Source of the DNA: Tubulanus polymorphus
Taxonomy: Eukaryota; Animalia; Nemertea
Length of the DNA: 64,000 bases
Assembly (NCBI RefSeq): GCF_964204645.1
Contig: NC_134027.1
Location: 15,098,485-15,162,484 of the forward strand
Reading direction: 5' to 3'
Shown: one piece after another, positions 10,288 through 20,445 of the stretch
Position numbering within the stretch: position 1 is the stretch's first letter
Layout of the letters: each line of letters starts with the position of its first letter
Notes under the pieces: model-generated
Seen by the model: only the letters and a program-made list of their open reading frames with translations
Told to the model about the DNA's origin: nothing
Database searches by the model: none
Made by a program: the position numbers and the translations under genes

Positions 10288-11607
10288 TTAAAATTTAAAA
10301 TATAATATTCCTCCTATAACAATTCCTATACAAGTTATAGCTAATTTAGTATTTTCATGGGATTTATTATCATCATTTAGTTTAATTATATCATGTTGAA
10401 TTTTATCAGTTTTTATATCTTCTGATGTATTGTAATCTTTTATTTTAGAATCATTATTTAATTTAATATTATTAGTTTTAGTTTCTGTTGATTGAATATG
10501 TTTTTTATTTTTTTCACCTTCCATTAATTTTGGAGCAGTAATAATCTTTTTATTTATATCATTCAATCCAAATGAATTATTTATTGTTGCAGTTTTAATT
10601 AGATTATTATAACCAATTATATTTCCCATCTTTAATACTAAATCATTAGAAATAATTAATAGATTAGGGCCTATACAATAATCAAGTCTTACATGAGATT
10701 TATCTAAATAATTTTGATATCTTATAATGTTTTCTGGAATCGATCTATTTTTATCATCATGTATGGAATCTTCAAATAATACTTTAAATTGTTTTTGTGT
10801 ATCGAATGATGTATTCAAATTTCCAATTATCGGTGATCTTGTTTCAACTTGCGCACCTAGAATACAAATCAAATAAATTCTAATAGATTGATTTATTCTT
10901 TCTATACCTGATTTAGTAAAACCTTCACTATTTTCTAAAATAAAATAAACCCAACCATTATTGTTTTCTTGTTTTAAATTATCATAAAATTTTGGTAATT
11001 TATTGAAATTTAATGTTTCTTAATCCTTTGTTTCTATTTTACCATAACCTAATTTTTTATTATAGATATTATAAAAACTATTAGATGGTATGGGAAGTGC
11101 ACAATATTCTGCAATCTTTCTAGGGCATGGAAGTGATCTTATTGTTCCAATTTTTGTTCTAAAATCAGAATTATTTATATCTATATTAAATTCATTGCAA
11201 ATCTTATAAAACTTAGATAAATTAATATTATTATCTAATTCTTTGAAATACCTAGATCCTGGTAAAGCGCACTCCAATTCATTTAATATTATTCTGATTT
11301 GAAAGTATGTATGAAATCTAAATAAACTTTGAATTAATTTATATTTAGAATTATTCAAATGATCATTCCAACTAATTCCACATCCTGTTGTTGCACAATA
11401 AACAGCAAAATTTAATTGATTCTGCCAATACTTCATATTAGATTTTAATAACCATTGTTTTTCATCTTTCAATTTTTTAAAATTAATTAAATATACATGA
11501 AATATATTTTCCATCTTTGCATTAAAATTATTAGTTTCAGTAACATAAATTTCTAAATTAGTTAATGAATCTAAAACTTCATTTCTATATGTAATATGTA
11601 TATACAT
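10288..11607 (-). pseudogene. Polinton protein (~440 codons) with a C-terminal TM anchor; one in-frame TAA at 11020-11022
   Basis: ORFs 11020-11607 and 10288-10872 share a frame and the gap is open (GWVYFILENSEGFTKSGIERINQSIR); WQNQLNFAVYCATTGCG motif. Confidence 0.75.
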
Positions 11608-11623
11608 TTATATAATTAAAAAA

Positions 11624-12058
11624 TTAATAATTTATTAATTCTTTTAATAATTTATCTTGTTCTTCAACTGTTATATGGCCATTTAAACTTATTATATAAT
11701 CTAGTGTGTTCTTTAATTTATTAATTTCTTTTATATTAGATTTTATTTTTTCTTTATTACTTTTTATATTTAATTTTGAACTTATACCAGTTAAAACACT
11801 TGAACTTAATCCTAATACACCAATTGATATAGCTAAAGGTGTTAATGGGCTGAATATTGCTAGAAATGTTATTACAGAACTAATTGTAACCGAACCACTT
11901 ATAATCAAATAATATATAATTTTACTTTTTAAATATTTTTTCTTTTTTATCTTTAAGTCACTTTCAAATTCTAATATTTGTTTTTCTAAATATGTTTTTA
12001 ATTTAGTTTTATTTATATCATGAGGAATAATATCAATACTATCAACTTTATCCTCCAT
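11624..12058 (-). CDS. Two-TM hairpin protein flanked by basic coiled segments
   Basis: IIYYLIISGSVTISSVITFLAIF and LAISIGVLGLSSSVLTGI; TAAATG start. Confidence 0.72.
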   Translation of the reverse strand: MEDKVDSIDIIPHDINKTKLKTYLEKQILEFESDLKIKKKKYLKSKIIYYLIISGSVTISSVITFLAIFSPLTPLAISIGVLGLSSSVLTGISSKLNIKSNKEKIKSNIKEINKLKNTLDYIISLNGHITVEEQDKLLKELINY

Positions 12059-12077
12059 TTATTTAGAATAAAAATTA

Positions 12078-12500
12078 CTAATTAGTAAATTTATAAGCAA
12101 CAAATATAACAATAACTGTTCCACCTAAAATCCATATTATTTCATATTTCTGTTGTTCTTTACTTGGGGTATAATAATCTGATAATTTAGGTTTGTATAG
12201 ATGTAATTTTTCTTTATTTGTTACTGCGTTATATAAACTCATTGCATCATCAACTGATTGAAAATCTCTATGTGAAATCTTCTGATCATATAATTCTTTA
12301 TTGATGTAATCCATATAGTTTTGTCTCTTTTCTCTATATTCTTCTGCAGCTTTATTGTATTTCTCTAACGCTAAGTTATGTCTTCTTTGTTCTCCTAATG
12401 AACTATTTTTATCAATATGTTTAAATAAATAACCACCACCAGTAAATGCTAAAGCGTTAACAATTGCTGATCCTATAATAGTTATAATTGCAGAAGCCAT
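12078..12500 (-). CDS. Small protein with N- and C-terminal hydrophobic helices
   Basis: MASAIITIIGSAIVNALAFTGGGYLF ... IIWILGGTVIVIFVAY; TAAATG start. Confidence 0.75.
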   Translation of the reverse strand: MASAIITIIGSAIVNALAFTGGGYLFKHIDKNSSLGEQRRHNLALEKYNKAAEEYREKRQNYMDYINKELYDQKISHRDFQSVDDAMSLYNAVTNKEKLHLYKPKLSDYYTPSKEQQKYEIIWILGGTVIVIFVAYKFTN

Positions 12501-12524
12501 TTATTTAGCAAAAAAATTATGCAT

Positions 12525-12746
12525 TTATATGGGAGGAATATATTTTTGTTTTTCCAAATAATCAATTGTTAAATTAGATAAAGTAACTGCTAATGTTAAC
12601 TTTAAAATATCATTTATATCAAATCTATCAACATTAACACTTCCCATTTTGAATACTTTTTTTAATACCATTGAATAACCAACCGTTCCAACTGATAGTA
12701 ATGCGCCATTATATAATCCAGTTATTATCCACTTATTATCACTCAT
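12525..12746 (-). CDS. 73-aa hydrophobic Polinton protein
   Basis: TAAATG start abutting the upstream stop; two hydrophobic stretches. Confidence 0.65.
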   Translation of the reverse strand: MSDNKWIITGLYNGALLSVGTVGYSMVLKKVFKMGSVNVDRFDINDILKLTLAVTLSNLTIDYLEKQKYIPPI

Positions 12747-13106
12747 TTATTTATCAAAAAAATTACTATCTTCAAAATATTTAGTTAACTTATTTATGAT
12801 TAATTCAACATTTATTTTATTACTAGTTTTATGATTATCATATATTTTGGATAATATGTTTTTAATATCATCGATGATAAAATCTTCATCTAATTCATAA
12901 AATCTTAAAGATTCTCTAATTAAATTAGTAATCTTTTCTACATTTAAAGTTTCTTTATCTATTGTTGTTTCATACTCAAATGTTGTTTCATTAGAAAATG
13001 CAATATTTTTGATATGTGTTATTACATCATTAATGTTAAATTTCATTTCTTTCTCACGTTTAAAATCAAATCCAAAACATATACTCGGTCCAACCGTTAT
13101 ATTCAT
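12747..13106 (-). CDS. Polinton hypothetical protein
   Basis: 119 aa; TAAATG start; tightly packed in the gene array. Confidence 0.6.
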   Translation of the reverse strand: MNITVGPSICFGFDFKREKEMKFNINDVITHIKNIAFSNETTFEYETTIDKETLNVEKITNLIRESLRFYELDEDFIIDDIKNILSKIYDNHKTSNKINVELIINKLTKYFEDSNFFDK

Positions 13107-13122
13107 TTATATAGGTGAAAAA

Positions 13123-13926
13123 TTACTCTTTACATCTTATAACTAATTCATAAATTACAGGAAAGTTATTCAAATCAATTAAATAACCATTATGATTTCT
13201 TATTTCTAATTTAAAATTATTGAAATGTGGAATACAAGGTTTAAAATCACATTCAGCTAAATTATAATTTATTTGCGTTCCAAATTGTTTAACATTCTTC
13301 AATGGTAAAATGTTTAATATACTAGAATTACATGTTGTATCTTTAGTTGCTTCGAATGTTTTTGTAGGATCGATTAAATTGCAATAAATATAAAAGTGTG
13401 TAAAAGGTATTATATTTGAGTTACCGTGTTTGTTTCCACCAAATTGATTTGGAGTAATTCCTAATAGTTTAGCTATAGGTTTTTTTACCGTGTAAGTATG
13501 TCTTCTTGACATCAATACACTATTATCAAGTTTATCAAGTTTAATAAGTTCATCATCAAACTTTATTTTAATTTTATTAGAGCTCTCACTTTTTATGAAT
13601 TTAATATTAAATTTAGAATTACCATTACCTAATCTAATCCGAGCTTTTCTATTAATTTCTTGCTCTAATGTTTCTAAATCATATAATCCTGGTGTAAGCA
13701 TAAGTTGAATCCATTTTTTTTCAAGTTTATCAAAAATAAGAAGGCTTCTATGTTCATCAGTTTTATCCGATATATTGTAAAAAGAATTACATAAACTTAT
13801 ATTTACTAATTTTAAATCTACACAATTCTTAAATTCTCTATCTAATTGTACTAATAAATTATGTGATTTATAATTTGTAAGTCTTCTAGAATCAACAAAT
13901 ATTCTATATTCTTTTAATTCTACCAT
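13123..13926 (-). CDS. Probable minor capsid (penton) protein
   Basis: IFVDS, NSFYNIS, PGLY, AKLLG, IYCNLID, ILNILP, IRNHNGYLIDLNNFPV: the pattern of Polinton single jelly-roll pentons. Confidence 0.78.
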   Translation of the reverse strand: MVELKEYRIFVDSRRLTNYKSHNLLVQLDREFKNCVDLKLVNISLCNSFYNISDKTDEHRSLLIFDKLEKKWIQLMLTPGLYDLETLEQEINRKARIRLGNGNSKFNIKFIKSESSNKIKIKFDDELIKLDKLDNSVLMSRRHTYTVKKPIAKLLGITPNQFGGNKHGNSNIIPFTHFYIYCNLIDPTKTFEATKDTTCNSSILNILPLKNVKQFGTQINYNLAECDFKPCIPHFNNFKLEIRNHNGYLIDLNNFPVIYELVIRCKE

Positions 13927-13994
13927 TATTTATAACATAAAAAAATTACCGCTCATCACTAAAAATTAATTTTAATAAAATTTTTCCTAAATAA

Positions 13995-15291
13995 ATGGAT
14001 GAGAAGATAGCATGTGAAATTTGTGGTGAACTTCTAAGAAAAAGTAATAAGGCTCGACATATGAAAAAACATGATGAAAATTATAAACCCCCTAAAATAA
14101 ACTGCCCAAAATGTAATAAATTATTCTCAAGAAATTATGTTAAAAAACATTCAGAGAAGTGTAGAATTAATGGCGCAACGGCTAATGTTGATAGTAATTC
14201 TGCTGAAGTTGAACCTGAAGTTATTTGGAAAAGACCTTTCTTATTCTATGATAAGGATAATATAAAAGATCATTTCTGTGAGCCTTGTCGAATAAAATAT
14301 AACCCTGAAAATATAGAAGATTGGGAGAATCATCAATTTCGTAAAGTACATATAGATAAAATTTCTAATAAATTTGAAAATGAATTTAATGAAAGAAAAG
14401 ATAATTTATTAGAAAAAATATGAGAAAACATTACCAGATAATGAAGAAACAGTTGAAAAGTTAGAAAAACAATATAATGAATTAACAAGAAAAACATATT
14501 ATTGTAAATATTGTAAATTGATTATTACAACAAGTAATTCAAATCTACATAATAGAACAATAAAACATAAAGAAAACGTAAGAAAATACCAAGAGCTTAA
14601 TGAAGATCTATTACCAAGCTATGATAGAAAAAAATGCCCACAATGTATTTATGAGTACTTAAGACAAGAAGGTCCTGTGATATTTTGTAATGAATGTGGA
14701 TGGCAAAAGAATTTATTAGGTGAAGAAAAAACTAGAGATTTTCTCATAGATCCAAAATTAAATTATCTTGATGAAATTTTTAAAATATTTTCTATAGAAG
14801 ATCATACACCAGAATATATGCAATGGCTTGAAAAAATGAAAATAATAGAAAATGAAAATGGTGAAATAACTAAAAAAGATATTATAAAAACAATTATTCC
14901 ATCAACATTTAACACAAAACAAAAGAAAATGTATTTATATTTATTATTTAACGATTATTATGAAAAACCTAAATTAACAGAAGAAGATATGAAAAATATA
15001 AAAAAAATATTCAAACAAATATTAATGTATCATTTGGAAAATAGAATAACAGATTCAATAAATTATGAATTCTTTTTAAATAAGATTGTAAATTATTTAA
15101 ACCTAGATATTATAATTCCATTTGATGAATTAACAAACAAGAAGAAACAAAGAGAGCGAGATGAAATGTGGAACAAGATAGAACTTTATTTAAATGAGAA
15201 AAATGGAATGGAAGAAGAACCTGAACAATTAAATGAAAATGAAGAAGCCAATAATGATTTCGAGTTTGATGATATTGATTTTATGTTTTAA
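13995..15291 (+). pseudogene. Multi-C2H2 zinc-finger protein fused to a zinc ribbon and a VLTF3-like domain; one frameshift in an A-run near 14415
   Basis: CEIC..H..H, CPKC..H..C, CEPC..H..H and CKYC..H..H fingers; CPQC...CNECG ribbon; C-terminal SINYEFFLNKI...KKQRERDEMWNKI. The two ORFs join by removing one A. Confidence 0.65.
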
Positions 15292-18200
15292 TGGCCATAA
15301 GGTAATGTTTTTATACCATCATCTAAAATATGCCTTTTATCATCAAATGGATTTAAACTAGTTTTTTCAACTTCATTAATGTACATCTCATGATCTTCTG
15401 ATCTTAAACAATTCATTTTGTGTTTCATTACAATTGATTTATATAAACACTTTATATAATCTTGAAATTCTATATGTTTATCAACCACATGTTTTGTTAT
15501 TCCTTTTAACTTTTTAGCTTCATGATCTTTTGTTCTGTAACTATACATTTTACTTCTTATCCCAACAAATTCAATCATTTCATCACCTCCTAATTCATCT
15601 TTAAATTTACCAGGAATCTTTTTATTATCATTGCTAAATAGTTTATGATCTTTGGGATAATTGCTAAAATCAAAATGATGTTTTAATGTTTTTAAGTCTT
15701 TTGTTATGTCATTTGTCTTGATTTTTAGTATGTAACTGTCGGTATTTTTTGGATTAATGGGAACCCAGAATTGAATGTTCCATCATCTGTTGATAAATCA
15801 TAAACATAGTCAGTTGGGTTATATATTTCAAATAAATCTTTAACTTCTTCTGTTAATTCTTTTTCTACATGCCTTAAATTAAAACAATTTGGTTTAGATT
15901 TAATTAATTCTATATTCATATTAAATCCTAATGAACTGCATAATATATTCAATCCTGATATAGCAACTTTTCCTTTTTGAGCAAAGGATATTGTTTTGCG
16001 GTTTTGGAACCTTTTTGAACCATCTGCGGCATAGAATCCAATGAAGAACCACTTTCTTAAATTATTTTTTGCATTCAATACATAATCTGGAACTATCTTT
16101 TCTTTAGTTGAAGTATTACTTTTCACTATTGCATGAATATAGAATTCATCATTATATTTTGTAGCAAAATCTTTAGGATTATTTACAAATATTCTATAAA
16201 CCGCGGATGATTTCATATGATCCATGATTCTAAATGTTTTATATGAATAAACTGTTTCACAGAATTTCTTAATTCTTTCTAATAATTTTAAGTCTTGATT
16301 GCATAAAATACCAACAATATTTATTACCCCAAACATAATTATACACACCTGCTGAACCATCACCCATGAAAAATCCTTTGATAAAATATTCTTTTTCTTC
16401 CAATGTTTCGGGTTCTATATTATAAATATTATCAATTATTTCATCAAATGACATATGATTCATTCTTGGGAAAAATCTTTTATGTAATAATTCATCTCCA
16501 ATTTTTATATCAGTTGGTTTTATTTCATCACCATTTCGTTTAATTAAACTATGATCTTCTGTAACATCTACAAATCCTAATTTAGTTCTAACTCTATAGA
16601 TTTTCTTATTTGTTTTATGTCTAATAATATTCTTTAATTTTTTCCATCCATTTCTTGTCCAAACATCTATTAAACCATTTATTTGTATTAATTCTTTTTC
16701 ACCATATGAAATATAAAGTTCATTTTGTTTTGGAATTATTTCTGAAATTCTTCTTATTAATATTTGGTTATTGTATTTTAATAATATTGGGGTGTCAGCT
16801 GTTACAGAATCAAAATATAATATTTCAATATGCTTTCCCCCAAAAAGTGGTTGCAAAACATTATAATAAAAATCATACATTAATAATTTTGATATTTCTA
16901 AAACAGTTGAACCTGTAAATATTGGTTTATTAAATTTCATGGACGTTCTTTTTAATTTTACCGCGGTTAAATAATCTTCAAACCTTTTATTTCCTAAATG
17001 TCTAGGACTTGATTGTAAATGTCTTAATCTTTCAGAATTATTTACTAATTCAATATCATTTCTATTTCTAATATTTTCACATGTTTTTCCATAAAAACTA
17101 TTGTTCATCAATTTGAAAAAATCTTTTTCAAAATCTGTTTTTGATATTGTTCTCTGTTGAGTATTGAAATCTATATATTTTTCTAACCACTTCGATTGAT
17201 TAAATTCAATATATCTATGTACTTTCTTTAATTTCATTCCTTGTTTTAGATAAAATTTTAACATTCTATAATGAACAATATAATTGTATTTATGATTTTG
17301 AGTAAGTATTAATTTTTCTGTAAAAACATGATCTTTCGGTTTTATTTTCTTCTGGTATTTACTTAAATAACTATCATCTACAGTTAAATGTTCTGGGCAA
17401 TAAGGTAAGTTTCTTGTTTTAAACTATATATTTTCAGAATATTCTAAATCAACTACAAAGAAATAACCAATTGGTGCTTCATCTTTTAAACTCACAATTG
17501 CGCTTTCCCAATCAGTTTTATCACCATTTTCAACTTCTGTTAATATAAAATTTTTATGTGGTTGAGGTTGCATCATTGCCCAACCATATAAATTATTGGC
17601 GTCAATATATAATAATTTATATTCATCATTTGCTTTAAAATACCTATCTCCCATAACACCACTAATTCCACCTCTAATTGATTTTTCAAATAATAAAACC
17701 ATATCTGGTTCTTTTAATAAATCTAATTCTACATTTGTATATTTTAAACCACATTGCCAGGTTAAACCAGGACTAGAGTAGCAATAACAAGGATCAACAT
17801 TAAAATGATTCAAATTAACTTCTCTAAATTTTTCAAATATGTCAGCCAATATCATAACATCTGATTTTAAATATAAATCAACTAATTCACCATGATTTTT
17901 CATCTTAAAATGGTCCCAAATATTTAATGTTCTATTAAAAACTTCGTCTTTCACATACTCCTCTTTTAATTGATCATAAAATTGATCTTTTAATAATTCT
18001 ATTACATTAAAATCATCATGTGTTTTATAAAATGAATAAGGAATTGCGCCTTTATATCTCAATAATTTAAAATCTTGTTCATTTGGATAATAATATCGAG
18101 TTATAACAAAATCATTATCAACTAAACTTTTTGATAAATTATCTAATGAACTTGCTAGAAATCTATAAGAATCTAAAAATCTAATGCAACCAAATTGAAA

Positions 18201-20360
18201 TGAAATATAATTTTCAGATGTTTTAGCTAATAGTTTAAAATCATATTTTCTTACATTTACACCATTCATAGCATTATATTCTTCTATTTCTTGATTAATT
18301 GTACCCAATTTCTTTGATAATTGTTTTATAAATAGATGGGTATCATAACCCGATAAATTATGAAATAATATTGGTACGAAATTAACTTTCTTAGCTTGTA
18401 AATTGCAATCTTCATGAGCAGCTCCACGATATTTTGAATTTAAATGATCATGATCTCTAACTTTTTTATCAAATGAATAAAAACGTTTTTCACAATAACA
18501 ACAATGAGTTGCATAATTAAAATCAATTTCATCTTCTTTTGTCATAACTATTCTTTTATTTTTGTTTAATAATTTTACAAAATCACTTTCTAATTCAATC
18601 ATTTTATCACAAAAATCATTAACTACATTTTCACCTCTAAAAGAAATATATTGACTTTCATATAATTCGGGATAATTTGATTTTATATAAATTCCATAAG
18701 CAGCAGCTCTTTGATGAACTTTTTTAATTGTATTTATAATTGGTGGGTCTTGAATTGTGTCTTCATTTAATTCATTTCCTTTGTCCATTGATTTTAATAA
18801 TTGCTTTTTGTTATATATTTCTTTTCTATCTTGATCAGTTAATTCTTTATTCAACGATTCAAAATCCCCATAAATTACAAATGGAACAATATTCTTAAAT
18901 TTATGATTAGTAAATTTCAATTTATAATCTTTTTCTGTTGGCGTTATTAATTTACAAAAATCTTTATTATCACATAATTCTTTATGTTTTAATAATGTAT
19001 TCTCAGTCATAAATTTAGATAAACATTTTCTACATAGATAAATTTTACGATGATGATCACTTTCTGTTGTTCTAAAGAATAAATCAATTTGTTTTAACCA
19101 CATATAATGTTCATTTTCATCTTTTTTGTAATATAACAAATCTATAGCATTTTCATCATCATAATATTCTGTTAAATATAAAGCTTCCAATGTATAATCT
19201 TTAATATTTTCACCTTTTGTCTTTGGTAATTGCATTAATTCGAATACATTTATTTTTAAATTATTAACTTTTTCTATTTTAGGAATCATTTTTATAGTTA
19301 CTGGATATTGATCAATTTTATATAATGTTTCATATTATCGGTAATTTGTTATTCTAAAACTATGCGTCATATCTTCTGTTTGGTGTAAACAACTAATAAT
19401 TGACCATAGAAAACATTTATTATCTTCATTTTGAACATTTATTACTGCTTTTGTTGTAAATGGTAATTTAATATAAGATGATGCTTTAATATCCTTTTCT
19501 GTTGTAAAGTTTGAATCATTTTTAAACATTTTATTACTTTTTGATGTTTTATTCCTTTTTGTATTATAAACATTTAAATCTAAATATATAATTTCATTCA
19601 ATGTTAAGCCAGAACCCTCAAAATATCTTTCTTCAATATGACGTTTAAATTCATTAAATATTTTTTCTAACTTCTCTTTTATTTGTGTTTTTGAAATTAT
19701 TTCTTCAGAGTGTGTTTGAATATTATAATTCATTTTTTCTTCTGACTTTATAAAACTTACTTTCCCAGAGATACTAATTTTTGGATATTCAACATCTGTT
19801 ATCAAATCTAGTATTTTTTCTATTATTTCATTAAATTTACTATAATCTTCTATTGTTGTACCTTTAAAGAATCTAAATATAATAGCTGCAGGTCCAATTT
19901 TACTATGTAATGTTTCTAAGATTTCAATTGTATCTTTTATTTCTAGTGAATCAATATAATTTCTAACATTTTCCATGTAAGGTTTATTTGAAATGGATTT
20001 AGTTTTTGAAGTTGATTTTTTTACTTTTTGAGGTTTATCATCAAAATAATCTTTTCCTAAAACATTATTACTCAAATTTTGCTGGTGTTTTTGTGATTCG
20101 AGATGTCTATTATAATTCCTTTTTACTATAAATTCATTACAAACTTCACATTTTATTTCATCCACATTCATATTTTCTAATCGTTCTTTTCTTTCATTGG
20201 AATTTTCTGGAGTTTCAAAATCTATTACATTTTTTATATGATTTGCAGTTTTTTCATGTCGTGTTTTATTAGATGTATCGATGTATTTTTTACAATATTG
20301 GCAATAATATTGATTTTTATTAACATTATTATTTTCTGGCTGGTGTTCATTCTCTCCCAT
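15288..20360 (-). pseudogene. polB: Protein-primed family B DNA polymerase (~1690 codons including intein); in-frame stops at 19335 and 17424, two indels inside the intein
   Basis: ExoI VIYGDFES, ExoII FHNLSGYD, ExoIII YLKSDV, motif A YIDANNLYG, motif B KLMNNSFYGK, motif C YFD|TDS, GKFKDE, IRSKMY, FDDKR. Confidence 0.96.
15744..16808 (-). mobile_element. Intein with LAGLIDADG homing endonuclease inserted in PolB motif C (1065 bp, ~355 aa)
   Basis: Block A SVTADTPI, block B VDVTEDHSL, LAGLIDADG blocks FIKGFFMGDGS and FFIGFYAADGS, block F YVYDLST, C-terminal KN followed by extein TDS. Confidence 0.93.
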
Positions 20361-20445
20361 TTATTAGGGAAAAAAATTACTTGTGGTGATGAGTGGTGTC
20401 TCGTCCTCTCGTCCTCTGGTATGAAACCCCACTTTTCTAATTACT
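20353..20445 (-). repeat. Polinton right TIR
   Basis: Reverse complement of 4101-4193; includes the pPolB ATG at 20360. Confidence 0.97.

Larger units (their letters stand above)
4101..20445. mobile_element. Full-length Polinton/Maverick (adintovirus-like endogenous virus), 16,345 bp
   Basis: 93-bp TIRs (AGTAATT...AATTACT, 1 mismatch); 6-bp TSD TACCGA at 4095-4100 and 20446-20451; pPolB, rve integrase, ATPase and capsid genes; very AT-rich and intronless. Confidence 0.97.

Noticed and set aside
10288-20360. In-frame TAA/TAG codons suggesting stop-codon reassignment or readthrough
   Set aside because: TAA and TAG end neighbouring genes normally, frameshifts co-occur, and the second pPolB has Lys at the position of the 17424 TAG, so these look like nonsense mutations.
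4101-20445. Contaminating free virus or giant-virus contig
   Set aside because: A perfect 6-bp TSD and a BEL gag frame that continues across the element show a real integration.
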